From assembly GCA_964550035.1 (NCBI GenBank), contig CAZJVU010000001.1, positions 19,990 to 83,989 of the forward strand: a stretch of DNA of 64,000 nt, written 5' to 3'. Of this stretch, positions 37,173-47,075 are shown in pieces. The stretch comes from an uncultured Candidatus Saccharibacteria bacterium. GTDB lineage: Bacteria > Patescibacteriota > Saccharimonadia > Saccharimonadales > EFPC-124. The first letter of the stretch is position 1. Every line of letters starts with the position of its first letter. Both the position numbers and the translations under genes were made by a program. The notes under the pieces are model-generated. The model was not told the origin of the DNA and searched no databases. It saw only the letters and a list, made by a program, of their open reading frames with translations.

Positions 37173-39065
37173 ATGGGTAAAATTATCGGCATCGACCTCG
37201 GTACAACCAACAGCGCTATGGCGTATATGGTGGCCGGCAAACCAGAGGTTATCGCAAATGCAGAAGGCAACCGCACGACACCAAGCGTGGTTGCTATCAA
37301 TAAGGGCGGTGAGCGTCTCGTGGGCCAAGTGGCTCAGCGCCAGCGCGTCACCAACGCCAAGAACACGATCTATGGCGTGAAGCGGCTCATCGGCCGCAAG
37401 TTCGATAGCGCAGAGGTTCAGAAAGATCTCGACATCATGCCATACGAAATCGTCCGAGCCGGCGACAGCGTGAAGGTCAAGATGGGTGATAAAGAATACA
37501 GCCCAGAAGAAGTCAGCGCCATGATTCTCAGCAAGCTCAAGGCTGACGCCGAAGCATTCCTTGGCGAATCAGTCACCGAAGCTGTCATTACTGTTCCGGC
37601 GTACTTCGACGACTCGCAGCGCCAGGCTACCAAGGACGCTGGTAAAATCGCCGGCCTCGAGGTCAAGCGCATCATCAACGAGCCAACCGCAGCCGCATTG
37701 GCCTACGGCCTCGACAAGAAGAAGGAAGAAAAGATCGCTGTCTTCGACCTCGGTGGTGGTACGTTCGACGTCTCTGTTCTGGAGCTCGGCGATGGCGTCT
37801 TCGAAGTGAAGAGCACCAACGGCGATACGCATCTTGGTGGTGAAGACTTCGACAACCGCATCGTGAACTACTTTCTTGACGAGTTCAAGCGCGAGCACGG
37901 AGTCGACCTCAAGGGTGACAACGCAGCCATGCAGCGCCTCAAGGACGAAGCCGAGAAAGCCAAGAAAGAGCTCAGCACTACAACCGAAACCGATATCAAC
38001 CTGCCGTTCCTGACGGCCGACGCTGACGGTCCAAAGCACTTCGAGACCAAGCTGACTCGTGCCAAGCTGGAAGAGCTCGTTGCCGACCTTATCGATGGCA
38101 CCGCAATTCCTTGCGAGAAAGCTCTCAAGGATGCTGGCCTGAACGCATCTGACATCGACGAGATTGTCCTCGTTGGCGGTATGACCCGCATGCCAGCTGT
38201 TGTCGAGAAGGTCAAGAAGATCTTCGGCAAAGACCCACTGAAGGGTGTAAACCCCGACGAAGTCGTTGCCGTCGGCGCAGCCATCCAGGGTGGCGTGCTG
38301 GCTGGCGACGTCAAGGACGTCCTGCTGCTCGACGTTACACCTTTGAGTCTCGGTATCGAGACAATGGGTGGCGTCACGACCAAGCTGATCGACCGCAACA
38401 CGACTATTCCTACTAGCAAGAGCGAGACGTTCAGTACCGCCAGCGACAATCAGCCGCAAGTCGAGATCCACGTGCTCCAGGGTGAGCGCGAAATGAGCAC
38501 CGACAACAAGAGCCTCGGTAAGTTCATCCTCGACGGCATCGCGCCAGCACCTCGCGGCGTGCCGCAAATCGAAGTGACCTTCAACCTCGACGCCAACGGC
38601 ATCTTGCACGTGACCGCAAAGGATAAGGGTACTGGCAAAGAGCAGAGTATCACTATCAGTGGCAGCGGCAACCTCAGCAAGGACGACATCGAGAAAGCTC
38701 AGCGCGAAGCTGAAGCGCACGCCGACGAAGACAAGAAAAAGCGCGAGCTGGTCGACGCCAAGAATACCCTCGCCCAGACAATCTATCAGGCCGAAAAGCT
38801 CCCGAGCGAGCACAAAGATAAGATCACTGATGAAGACAAAAAGACTCTGGAAGACGCCGTCAAAGCAGCCAAAGAGTTCGACGGCTCTGACGACCTCGAG
38901 AAGGTCAACCAAGCCATCAAAGATCTGAATGAAAAGATCATGCCTATCGGCGCCAAGCTCTACGAAGCAGCGTCGAAGGACGAGAAGCCAAGTGAGGACG
39001 CAAAGCCTGACGACAAAAAGACCGACGAGCCAGTCGAAGGCGAAGTGGTCGACGAAAAGAAATAG
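37173..39065 (+). CDS. dnaK: Chaperone DnaK (Hsp70)
   Basis: [17 protein letters not shown] and [10 protein letters not shown] motifs. 630 aa. SD is AGGAGG. Confidence 0.99.
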   Translation: MGKIIGIDLGTTNSAMAYMVAGKPEVIANAEGNRTTPSVVAINKGGERLVGQVAQRQRVTNAKNTIYGVKRLIGRKFDSAEVQKDLDIMPYEIVRAGDSVKVKMGDKEYSPEEVSAMILSKLKADAEAFLGESVTEAVITVPAYFDDSQRQATKDAGKIAGLEVKRIINEPTAAALAYGLDKKKEEKIAVFDLGGGTFDVSVLELGDGVFEVKSTNGDTHLGGEDFDNRIVNYFLDEFKREHGVDLKGDNAAMQRLKDEAEKAKKELSTTTETDINLPFLTADADGPKHFETKLTRAKLEELVADLIDGTAIPCEKALKDAGLNASDIDEIVLVGGMTRMPAVVEKVKKIFGKDPLKGVNPDEVVAVGAAIQGGVLAGDVKDVLLLDVTPLSLGIETMGGVTTKLIDRNTTIPTSKSETFSTASDNQPQVEIHVLQGEREMSTDNKSLGKFILDGIAPAPRGVPQIEVTFNLDANGILHVTAKDKGTGKEQSITISGSGNLSKDDIEKAQREAEAHADEDKKKRELVDAKNTLAQTIYQAEKLPSEHKDKITDEDKKTLEDAVKAAKEFDGSDDLEKVNQAIKDLNEKIMPIGAKLYEAASKDEKPSEDAKPDDKKTDEPVEGEVVDEKK

Positions 39066-39082
39066 TCGCTCCAAAAACGAAA

Positions 39083-39107
39083 AGAGCCCCGCAACACGCG
39101 GGGCTCT
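39083..39107. terminator. Bidirectional terminator (dnaK end / cassette operon end)
   Basis: 10-bp stem AGAGCCCCGC-AACAC-GCGGGGCTCT, flanked by an A-run upstream and T-rich sequence downstream. Confidence 0.75.
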
Positions 39108-39148
39108 CTCGTTTGGAGGGCCGCACAGCGGGTTGACGGGGCGGCGCC

Positions 39149-39358
39149 TCAGCGGCGCCGGTTCAAGAAGAGACCGAGAAGGCCGGCTCCGCCACAGACC
39201 GCGCAGATGACCCACTTGATGACGTCCCACTCCGGCTTGAAGCCGAAGCGGTTGGCGACGTCGCCCATGACGGCGAACGCCAGCGTGGCCAGTAGGGCTC
39301 CCAGAAGGAATCCTCTGGACCCACTGCCACGGGGCTTTTGGGGCGCGTTCTTGGACAT
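39149..39358 (-). CDS. High-GC cassette: 69-aa two-TM mini-protein
   Basis: Product MSKNAPQKPRGSGSRGFLLGALLATLAFAVMG...VICAVCGGAGLLGLFLNRRR. Lies 17 nt downstream of 39376..39699 on the same strand. Confidence 0.55.
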   Translation of the reverse strand: MSKNAPQKPRGSGSRGFLLGALLATLAFAVMGDVANRFGFKPEWDVIKWVICAVCGGAGLLGLFLNRRR

Positions 39359-39375
39359 AACTTCCTTTCTAGGAT

Positions 39376-39699
39376 TCAGCGGATGATGCGCAGGAGCGTC
39401 TCGTGGGGCTTGTCTTCCGGCGGCCGCTGGTCGAAGAGCTTGTCGATGTGGAGCCCACGCCAGGCCACAGCGTACAGCTTGCGGACGGGGTTGCGCTTGG
39501 GCATCAGGCCTAGGTCGATCAGCACGTTCTCGAACTCGACCTGGCCCTCGACGATCTCGTCGACGCGGTCGATGGGACCGTCGGCGCGGTGGGTCACGCA
39601 GCGGTAGGCGACGAGCTTGCCATCTTCCTTGACCGGGATGAGCTCACGGCGAACACGCAGGTTGCACACGTAGTAGGACTTTGTGTCGGATTCGGACAA
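39376..39699 (-). CDS. High-GC cassette: ~107-aa soluble protein, hypothetical
   Basis: I place the start at TTG 39699, 5 nt after GGAGAA (39705-39710). The track start at TTG 39783 lies in AT-rich promoter-like sequence. Confidence 0.5.
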   Translation of the reverse strand: MSESDTKSYYVCNLRVRRELIPVKEDGKLVAYRCVTHRADGPIDRVDEIVEGQVEFENVLIDLGLMPKRNPVRKLYAVAWRGLHIDKLFDQRPPEDKPHETLLRIIR

Positions 39700-39808
39700 A
39701 GAAGTTCTCCGTAGCCTCGAAGGTTCACCAGGGCAGGTGCCACAGGATTTGTATATTGTGACATATTTGTACGATATTTTCAATATGTACTACACAGGAA
39801 GTTAAAAG

Positions 39809-39836
39809 TTAGCACTCCACCCCCACAAAGTGCTAA
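39809..39836 (+). promoter_or_regulatory. CIRCE-like operator upstream of dnaJ
   Basis: TTAGCACTC-N10-AAGTGCTAA: 8-bp perfect arms TTAGCACT/AGTGCTAA, with the spacer one nt longer than consensus. The right arm overlaps TAAAAT, 10 nt before the ATG. Confidence 0.75.
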
Positions 39837-39849
39837 AATAGAACTGATT

Positions 39850-40965
39850 ATGAGCAAACGAGACTACTACGACATTCTTGGAATTTCGAAAGACGCTTCG
39901 GCGGACGAGATTAAAAAAGCCTTCCGCAAGCTGGCGGTCAAATACCACCCTGACAAAGAAGGCGGCGACGAAGCCAAGTTCAAGGAAATCAACGAAGCCT
40001 ACGAAGTCCTAAAGGACCAGCCCAAGCGCCAACGCTACGACCAATTCGGCCACGCTGGTGTGGGCGGTAATGGCGGCGCAGGTGGTGGTAACCCGTTCGA
40101 GGGGTTCCAGGGGTTTAACGGCCAGAACGTCAACTTTGACTTCGGTGATATGGGCAATCTGGGCGATATTTTTGGCAGCTTCTTTGGCGGTGGTGCGTCA
40201 CAGCAGCAGCGGTCACGGCGTGGCCAGGACGTGGCTGTTAATGTAACGCTCACGTTCGAAGAGGCAATCTTTGGCGTCGATAAAGAGATCTCCGTTACGC
40301 TCGACGATGTTTGCTCGCACTGTAAAGGTAACGGTGCAGAGCCAGGTCACGACATGAAGACATGCGACACCTGCAAAGGCTCGGGCCAAGTCAACCGTGT
40401 GATGAACACGATGTTTGGTCAGATCCAGCAGGCAACCATTTGCCCAACGTGCGAAGGCCGCGGCAAGGTTCCAGAAAAGGTCTGCAGCGTCTGTCACGGT
40501 AAGGGTGTCGAGCGAAAGCACCAAGCAGTGAAGCTCAAGATCCCAGCCGGTATCGACGACGGCGCAACGATTCGGCTCAATGGCCGCGGTGAAGCTGTGC
40601 CTGGCGGTGGCGAGAAGGGCGATCTGTACGTGAACGTCCGCGTCAAGCCGCACAAAAAGTTTACGCGCGAAGGCGATATTATCCTCAGCGACGAGCACGT
40701 CAGTATGGTGCAAGCGGCGCTGGGCGCCGAGATCGACATCGATACGGTCGACGGCAAGCTGACCATGAAAGTCCCGGCTGGTACGCAGAGCGGCACAGAC
40801 TTCAAGCTGTCTGAGCGCGGCGTGCCGCATCTTCGTGGCGACGGTCGCGGCCCGCACATTGTGACTGTTCACGTCGACACGCCGACGAAGCTCAGCAAGA
40901 AACAGAAAGAGCTGCTCAGCGAATTTGAAAAGCCGGAGAATCGCAAGAAGAAACTTTGGCAGTAA
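39850..40965 (+). CDS. dnaJ: Co-chaperone DnaJ
   Basis: J-domain YHPDKE (HPD), a G/F region, and four CxxCxGxG zinc motifs ([32 protein letters not shown]). Confidence 0.97.
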   Translation: MSKRDYYDILGISKDASADEIKKAFRKLAVKYHPDKEGGDEAKFKEINEAYEVLKDQPKRQRYDQFGHAGVGGNGGAGGGNPFEGFQGFNGQNVNFDFGDMGNLGDIFGSFFGGGASQQQRSRRGQDVAVNVTLTFEEAIFGVDKEISVTLDDVCSHCKGNGAEPGHDMKTCDTCKGSGQVNRVMNTMFGQIQQATICPTCEGRGKVPEKVCSVCHGKGVERKHQAVKLKIPAGIDDGATIRLNGRGEAVPGGGEKGDLYVNVRVKPHKKFTREGDIILSDEHVSMVQAALGAEIDIDTVDGKLTMKVPAGTQSGTDFKLSERGVPHLRGDGRGPHIVTVHVDTPTKLSKKQKELLSEFEKPENRKKKLWQ

Positions 40966-41007
40966 GTTGCCAGATAGTCCATAAAGTAGTATAATTATCT
41001 ATTAATT

Positions 41008-42441
41008 ATGGACAGTATGAGCCCCGAACTATCGGTTGCTGCCGCTCGTGGAGTAGACAGCACATTTGTTGATTACAAGCGCTTTGAAGGCGATGCTGAG
41101 CACCGTGCTGAGCAACGAGATCGATTTTTTAGGGGTGAAATGCTTTTCCCGGCTTACGATTACCCGCAACTCGACCGCCTCTATGACAGCAAGATCGACG
41201 AAGACACAGATGAAGAATCGACGTCTCCAACGTTTTTAATGGACCGCAAGGCTGATATTCAGCGCGCGGTGTATCGCTTGGAGCAGGCCCGAAGCACGGG
41301 TGAACTCAGCGAGTCTGAAGCTGAGCTCTATGCCGCATTTCACGAGACCCGCCTGAAGCGCATTATGCTTGTCGAGGCGGCGCGACGACTTGGTGTAGGC
41401 AGCGGTTCGGAAGATGAAGTTGCGCGTCAGGCATTTATAGACTTGAACCGCGAGCTCTTCGGCGAGTTCGACCACGAGGCGTACGCCGGCATGTTAGCGA
41501 CCGAGCAGCGCAATCTGGATGCATTCGAGCCACAGAACGAACAAGCCACTGCGGTTAAACGCGAGCTTGAGCAGTTCTTTGCCCGCAAGGACTTGGCCGG
41601 CAAAGTGGAGGAAGAACTCCTCGAACCTGAACTCATTGAGCAGCTGCAACGCTATATTCTCCGGCGCTACGAGACGGTGCTCGCGGTCGTGCCCGACGGT
41701 GAAGGTATTGTCTACGATGCCGAGCAATGCCGCGAGCTATTTGAGCGAGCGCTCGAAGCTGCAGGCCTAGCCGAGAAAGGCTGGAAGGTCATCAATGACC
41801 CCAAGAAGTCAAATCCTGCAACAGCTGCCAACAAACAGAAGATATCGCTTCCAGGAAAAATGGCCCGCACGCCCGATGAGCTAAAGCGCTTGATTATCCA
41901 CGAGATGGAAGTCCACGCTCGCCGCGGTCAGAACGGTAAAGATGCCGACGTAAAGCTCCTTCAGAAAGGCACGGCCGACTACGCTGATGTCGAAGAGGGG
42001 CTGGGTGTACTGCTGGAGTGCATTTTGGCTGGTAACATGGACAATCCATCATTTCATCGTGCTCGTGACCGATATCTGACTGCAGGCATGGCGCTTGGCT
42101 CCGGCGATACGCCACGCGATTCGCGCCAAACGTTCGAGGTTATGTGGCGGGTGCTTGCCGTCCGTGATGCACGTGACGGCGTGATCGACGACGATGTTCG
42201 AGAACGCGCCATGAAACAGGCTTACGCGCATGTCGAAAACGCTTTTCGCGGTACCAATTTTGCCATGCCTGGCATTATCTACGCCAAGCTCAAAATCTAC
42301 TATGAAGGCCTCGTAAAAAACGCTGACTTCTACAAACATCGTATCGATAACCTCGATGCGGCCTTCGATGATGCAATGTTGGGTAAAATTAACCACACCG
42401 ATCCACAAGAGGTAGAACACGCCCGAAACCTGGTGGCTTAG
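41008..42441 (+). CDS. DUF1704/QEGLA-family (MATCAP-like) putative metallocarboxypeptidase, paralog 1
   Basis: 477 aa. LIIHEMEVHARRGQNG (HExxxH) is followed about 20 aa later by VEEGLGVLLE. TATAAT lies 12 nt upstream of the ATG. Confidence 0.6.
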   Translation: MDSMSPELSVAAARGVDSTFVDYKRFEGDAEHRAEQRDRFFRGEMLFPAYDYPQLDRLYDSKIDEDTDEESTSPTFLMDRKADIQRAVYRLEQARSTGELSESEAELYAAFHETRLKRIMLVEAARRLGVGSGSEDEVARQAFIDLNRELFGEFDHEAYAGMLATEQRNLDAFEPQNEQATAVKRELEQFFARKDLAGKVEEELLEPELIEQLQRYILRRYETVLAVVPDGEGIVYDAEQCRELFERALEAAGLAEKGWKVINDPKKSNPATAANKQKISLPGKMARTPDELKRLIIHEMEVHARRGQNGKDADVKLLQKGTADYADVEEGLGVLLECILAGNMDNPSFHRARDRYLTAGMALGSGDTPRDSRQTFEVMWRVLAVRDARDGVIDDDVRERAMKQAYAHVENAFRGTNFAMPGIIYAKLKIYYEGLVKNADFYKHRIDNLDAAFDDAMLGKINHTDPQEVEHARNLVA

Positions 42442-42479
42442 CTTCGAAGTACTAGCATAAGCGTGTATAATAGATATAC

Positions 42480-43793
42480 GTGGATGGTGATAGACTGTTG
42501 CCGGCGATCGGGCTGCTCCAAGCATTAAGCCCTGACCCCGCCCGGCCAGATAACGAAATACTGACTTACCCCAGCCTTGCCCGAGCGGCACGTGATACTC
42601 GATCATTGAGCGAAGTACTGGTTGGAACGTTTTATGCAGCAGAGGACGAGCCTGCCGCGCAACTTGCGGCTGCGCAGCGATTGGCTGAATATGAGCTTAT
42701 AGAAACCGCAGCAGCGCTGCAGAATGCACAATCACCTGAACGTCAGCGTCAGTTGAGCGCGCAGTTTACCGGTGCATCGGTTGACCTTTTTGGTGCACCA
42801 GATGCGATGACGGCGGCGTTTTTGCTGGAGCAGCTTCTCACCGAGCTTTGTGTGTTGCAGACGAATTACGATGTCGACCCTGACCTACTCGACCACTTAC
42901 TGCTGACGTACGACGACGTGTTGCGTCACGGTCATAAGCAATACGAATACGTTTTGCCATTTGGCGCTGCTGATGCTGAGCGCGCGGCGCAGACATTTGG
43001 TGTGTTTCTTCGCGACTTTTATCCATTTTCGCTCAGTGTGTTTAAGGGCGATCCAGCGCAGGTGATCGATGCGGCAGGAATCGTAGAGCGATTTGAACTA
43101 GCGCTGGCGGAGCTGCAAACACACCGCGATGAGTTCTGGAAGGAATGGAAGGTGCTCGTGACGGACGACAGCTGTCTGTCGGTGAATCCGCTCGAGAAGC
43201 GTTTGATAGTCGGCTCGCACCGTGCTGGCGTGGAGCTGGGTGAACTCGAGGGGCTATTTGGCCACGAGGTATTGGTTCATGCCATGCGCGCTGGGAATGG
43301 CCAGCATTTGAGCGACGAATTTGAGCAGGGCTTGCCGGGGTATATCGACGCCGAAGAGGGGTTTGCCTGCTTTGTGGAGCATGCATTGAGCGGAAGTGCT
43401 CCACGCAAAATGTACGATCGCTATTTAGACGTTGCGCTTGCGCTGGGTACCATCGACGGCCAGCCGAGAGCGCGCCACGAACTGTTCGAGCTCGTCTATG
43501 CGCGCAATCTTGTCCGCGCCCAAGCGGTAGGCAAAAAAGCACGGCCAAGCGCTATCGAGCGCGAGAGCTGGGCGCATGTGAACCGTATCTTTCGTGGCAC
43601 GCTCGGCAATGACATCGTGGGCGTCTTCACCAAAGACATCGCGTATTATCAGGGGTACCAAAAGATGACGGCCTTTGTGATCGACGAGCTACAGGCCGGA
43701 ACACAGCCACACGAACTGTGGTCACTGCTGACACTTGGCAAGTACGACCCGACCGACGCTCTGCACATGCTCGAGCTCGCGCGAAACTCATAG
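42480..43793 (+). CDS. DUF1704/QEGLA-family (MATCAP-like) putative metallocarboxypeptidase, paralog 2
   Basis: 437 aa. LFGHEVLVHAMRAGNG (HExxxH) is followed by AEEGFACFVE. The GTG start is 8 nt after TATAAT (42466-42471). Confidence 0.6.
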   Translation: MDGDRLLPAIGLLQALSPDPARPDNEILTYPSLARAARDTRSLSEVLVGTFYAAEDEPAAQLAAAQRLAEYELIETAAALQNAQSPERQRQLSAQFTGASVDLFGAPDAMTAAFLLEQLLTELCVLQTNYDVDPDLLDHLLLTYDDVLRHGHKQYEYVLPFGAADAERAAQTFGVFLRDFYPFSLSVFKGDPAQVIDAAGIVERFELALAELQTHRDEFWKEWKVLVTDDSCLSVNPLEKRLIVGSHRAGVELGELEGLFGHEVLVHAMRAGNGQHLSDEFEQGLPGYIDAEEGFACFVEHALSGSAPRKMYDRYLDVALALGTIDGQPRARHELFELVYARNLVRAQAVGKKARPSAIERESWAHVNRIFRGTLGNDIVGVFTKDIAYYQGYQKMTAFVIDELQAGTQPHELWSLLTLGKYDPTDALHMLELARNS

Positions 43794-43797
43794 AGGA

Positions 43798-45585
43798 ATG
43801 AAGGCAATGAATATCCGTAAGACCGAAAAACTGATAAATCAACTCTTGGATAAACCAACTCAACCTCTAGATGCCGAGCAGAAAATGATGGCCTTCGACT
43901 ATGCCGTCGGCCTGTTCGTCGGGCGAATCGGCGATTTGCAGGTGGAGTCGGATGTCACTATGCAGCAGTTGCAGGGAATGCATACGCTGTCACAGAAACA
44001 GCGTTTCATTCTCGACTATTTCGCCGACGACGCCGGTCAAGAGGGTGCGCAAAAGCTCGGTTCGTCGCCGGAACAAACACTGCTCGACGTCGAAGCTATG
44101 CGCCGGCTCATGCCTGCTGATCAGCGCAAGGAGATGGCCGAGCGGGGGAGCGATTGGTTCCAGACAAAGGTGGTCGAACAGCTTGCGCATGACGCTTCCG
44201 AGGATCGACACTACACCGCACCAGCGCGGCTGACGGTCAATTACGATCCCGACAAAATTCTCATCAAAGCAGCTATCATCCAAGCCTATCGACAGTTCTA
44301 TCGGCAGGCGTTCGAAGAAACGCAGCGCGAGCCCGACGCGCACTTGGCCGAGGCAAAGCGGGCGCTGATACATGTCCATGTCGGGCGACTCAACACCATG
44401 GCGGCCGTTGATGTATTTCCGGGGCTTTTGTCGCTCGAAGAGCAAATGACGCGGAGCAGACCGAGCCCGCTGATCGACCGCTGGGCTGCACGGCTCGCCA
44501 CTGTTGCGCCAGCGATCGGGCGGCTCCACGAGCTCGAGGGTGAAGCGCGCGTTGCTGTCCGCGAGGTCTACGCCAAGCATCTGGACGCAATTCGTCAAGG
44601 CGCGCCATTTGAGCTCGATGAAGTCGACGAAACTGAAGCGAATGTATTCAGCCGTGAAACGATTCGCGAACTCACTGCGTCCATCCGCATCCTGGCGCCG
44701 GAATCGTCGCATAATGAGCCAACCGAGCTCGCTCGTCAGCTTCAGGGCGTGACGTGGAATGCTCATCAGATCAAGGCGTGCATCGAATCGGTTCTCGACG
44801 AGTGGGGCATGCTGAGCCGATTTTCGACATCCTGGCAAGAGGTGGAGGATCGCGATGGCTTTGCCGACGACGAAAAGTTTCAGGTCATCACCACACCGCA
44901 GCGCAAGAACTTGTCAGTCGACAGCACGCGCCGCATCGTGAACATTCCGGCAGATACGGTGCGTGGGTTGATCGGCGAATATCCGGCTGGCGCACTGCCA
45001 CTTGTGGCGCACGAGCTGAGCCACGTGTTGCAGGCATTTGCCGACTATGAGCTCGGCGAGCAGATTCCGCTCGCGAAGATAAAAGGCCGACGCTACCGCG
45101 TACTACGTGAGGCCGGCGGCATGTATCAAGAGAGAATCATGAGCCGCGATTACTTTGGGACTGATCGCGAAGCCACGCCGCATTATCTCAATGCCTATCT
45201 GGCAAAATGCGAGGGGAAGAATCGCCTCGAGGTCGCGCGTGTGTTCTACGAATCGACCATTGCCGGTCGGACGCTGTCGCCCCAGGAAGACGAAGCAGCG
45301 AGGTTCTTTGCGGTGAACCGTACGGCCAGGCTCTATCGGTATGGTGGACACAACTCGCAAGTGCTGGACTATGTGGAACAATCGGTCGTGTGTGATGTGC
45401 TAATGCGGCGCCTCCAGCCAGAACAGGTTGATGCGTTTTTGCTGGGGAGCGCGAGCTTCAGCCTCGAGGATAGTGCGCTTCTCCACCAGTTTGGGCTCTT
45501 GCACTTACCCGAGAAAGCAGCATTCAGCCCGGCGCACGATGTGATGCGGCTGTTCCTCGAGAGCAACAGTTCGCAGTCAGAGTGA
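43798..45585 (+). CDS. Divergent third paralog of the same family (HExxH variant)
   Basis: About 595 aa. LVAHELSHVLQAF is followed by LREAGGMYQE in the equivalent position. The start is ATG 43798 or 43807; the track start 43735 overlaps paralog 2. Confidence 0.45.
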   Translation: MKAMNIRKTEKLINQLLDKPTQPLDAEQKMMAFDYAVGLFVGRIGDLQVESDVTMQQLQGMHTLSQKQRFILDYFADDAGQEGAQKLGSSPEQTLLDVEAMRRLMPADQRKEMAERGSDWFQTKVVEQLAHDASEDRHYTAPARLTVNYDPDKILIKAAIIQAYRQFYRQAFEETQREPDAHLAEAKRALIHVHVGRLNTMAAVDVFPGLLSLEEQMTRSRPSPLIDRWAARLATVAPAIGRLHELEGEARVAVREVYAKHLDAIRQGAPFELDEVDETEANVFSRETIRELTASIRILAPESSHNEPTELARQLQGVTWNAHQIKACIESVLDEWGMLSRFSTSWQEVEDRDGFADDEKFQVITTPQRKNLSVDSTRRIVNIPADTVRGLIGEYPAGALPLVAHELSHVLQAFADYELGEQIPLAKIKGRRYRVLREAGGMYQERIMSRDYFGTDREATPHYLNAYLAKCEGKNRLEVARVFYESTIAGRTLSPQEDEAARFFAVNRTARLYRYGGHNSQVLDYVEQSVVCDVLMRRLQPEQVDAFLLGSASFSLEDSALLHQFGLLHLPEKAAFSPAHDVMRLFLESNSSQSE

Positions 45586-45696
45586 GAATCTGTATTGACT
45601 AAAACAGCTTTTTGTATTATGCTTACGCTACCTAAACTGATGAGCACAGCGACGGGTGGGAGCTCGAAGCTGTTATAATAAGGGTGGTACGTCATC

Positions 45697-46161
45697 ATGA
45701 CACACGAAACACGAAAGATCATTGGCCGCGCTGACAAGCTAGACCTGCCTGAGCTGGGTTTTGTTGGCGTTCCTGCCAAGATAGACACCGGGGCTAAGAC
45801 ATCTGCGCTCTGGGCTACAAATATTATCGAGCGCGACGGCGGGTTGGCCTTTACATTGTTTGGTCCAGAAAGCCCGCTCTACACTGGTGAAGAACATTTT
45901 GTACCGCAGTTTTCGCTCGTCACAGTGGCAAGCTCAATCGGTGCCGAGCAGGGTCGTTACAAAGTTGTGTTGCTTGCCAAGATCAAAGGCAAGAAGCTCC
46001 GCACGAGTTTTACCCTTGCTGATCGGTCAAAGCAGGCCTATCCTGTACTTATCGGGCGTAATGCCTTGCGAGGCAAGTTCCTCGTCGATGTAAAGTCGGG
46101 CCGACCAGATCACCACGCCGAATCCCGACGCTCTGAACAACTCCAACAAGATCGGAAATAA
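45697..46161 (+). CDS. RimB-like retropepsin-fold protein (family annotated as ATP-dependent zinc protease, DUF785)
   Basis: 154 aa. IIGRADKLDLPELGFVGVPAKIDTGAKTSAL carries a D-T-G aspartic-protease signature. Lies 3 nt upstream of rimK, the usual partner arrangement. Confidence 0.7.
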   Translation: MTHETRKIIGRADKLDLPELGFVGVPAKIDTGAKTSALWATNIIERDGGLAFTLFGPESPLYTGEEHFVPQFSLVTVASSIGAEQGRYKVVLLAKIKGKKLRTSFTLADRSKQAYPVLIGRNALRGKFLVDVKSGRPDHHAESRRSEQLQQDRK

Positions 46162-46164
46162 GCT

Positions 46165-47067
46165 ATGAAAATCGCCATTCTATCCAAAGGCCCGGGCAAC
46201 TACTCAACCAAGCGGTTGAAGGAAGAAGCCAAAAAGCGCGGTCACGATGTCCGTGTCATTAACTACGCAAAGTGTTACGTTAAAGTCGAGCAAAGCAAGC
46301 CAATCGTTCGCTACGAAGGTAAAGACCTTGGCACGTACGATGCGATTATTCCTCGTATCGCTCAGAGCTATACTCGCTATGGTTCGGCCGTGTTGCGTCA
46401 ATTTGAGATGCAAGGGATTTACAGCACCGCGACATCGATTGCAATTACTCGCTCTCGCGACAAACTGCGCACGATGCAGCTGCTGAGCCGCGCCGGTGTC
46501 GGTATCCCGAAGACACTCTTCGCCAGTGAGACAAGTAGCTTCGACGACCTTATCGAGCAAGCAGGCGGTGCGCCGCTGATCATCAAGGTGGCTCGCGGCA
46601 CACACGGCAATGGTGTTGTGCTAGCCGAGACCAACAAAGCCGCCAAGGCGGTAATGCAGGCGTTCTTTGTGGAGAACGTAAGCTTCTTGGTCCAGGAATT
46701 TGTGAAGGAATCAGCTGGTACCGACATCCGTGCTCTGGTTGTGGGCAACAAAGTTGTCGCTAGCATGATGCGTCAGAGCTTGGACGACGATTTCCGCAGT
46801 AACCTGCACCAAGGCGGCGAAGGCAAAGCCATCAAGCTGACCGAGGAAGAACGTCGCACGGCTATCAAGGCAGCTCGTGCCATGGGCTTGCCATTCTGCG
46901 GTGTAGACATGATGCGCAGCTCACGCGGACCACTCGTACTTGAGGTCAACTCCTCGCCAGGATTTGGTGTCGAGAAAGTGACCGGCCGAAACATCGCCGA
47001 AAAAGTCATCGAATACATCGAGCTGAACGCCAAACGACGCAACAAAAAAGATAGAGTCGGAGCGTAG
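46165..47067 (+). CDS. rimK: ATP-grasp alpha-L-glutamate ligase RimK (ribosomal protein S6 modification-type)
   Basis: 300 aa. MKIAILSKGPGNYSTKRLKEEAKKRGHDV..., KLRTMQLLSRAGVGIPKT, APLIIKVARGTHGNGVVL and a CGVDMMRS ATP-grasp core. Confidence 0.88.
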   Translation: MKIAILSKGPGNYSTKRLKEEAKKRGHDVRVINYAKCYVKVEQSKPIVRYEGKDLGTYDAIIPRIAQSYTRYGSAVLRQFEMQGIYSTATSIAITRSRDKLRTMQLLSRAGVGIPKTLFASETSSFDDLIEQAGGAPLIIKVARGTHGNGVVLAETNKAAKAVMQAFFVENVSFLVQEFVKESAGTDIRALVVGNKVVASMMRQSLDDDFRSNLHQGGEGKAIKLTEEERRTAIKAARAMGLPFCGVDMMRSSRGPLVLEVNSSPGFGVEKVTGRNIAEKVIEYIELNAKRRNKKDRVGA

Positions 47068-47075
47068 GCGCACAT

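Noticed and set aside
37569-39230. 553-aa ORF antisense to dnaK. Similar long antisense ORFs lie opposite ftsH (10303-11233), atpD (27740-28486), atpG/atpA (28987-30218), dnaJ (40213-40872), yebC (50555-51451) and recA (58419-59036).
   Set aside because: The sense strands encode unmistakable conserved proteins. The antisense frames are an open-frame artefact of GC-rich codon usage.
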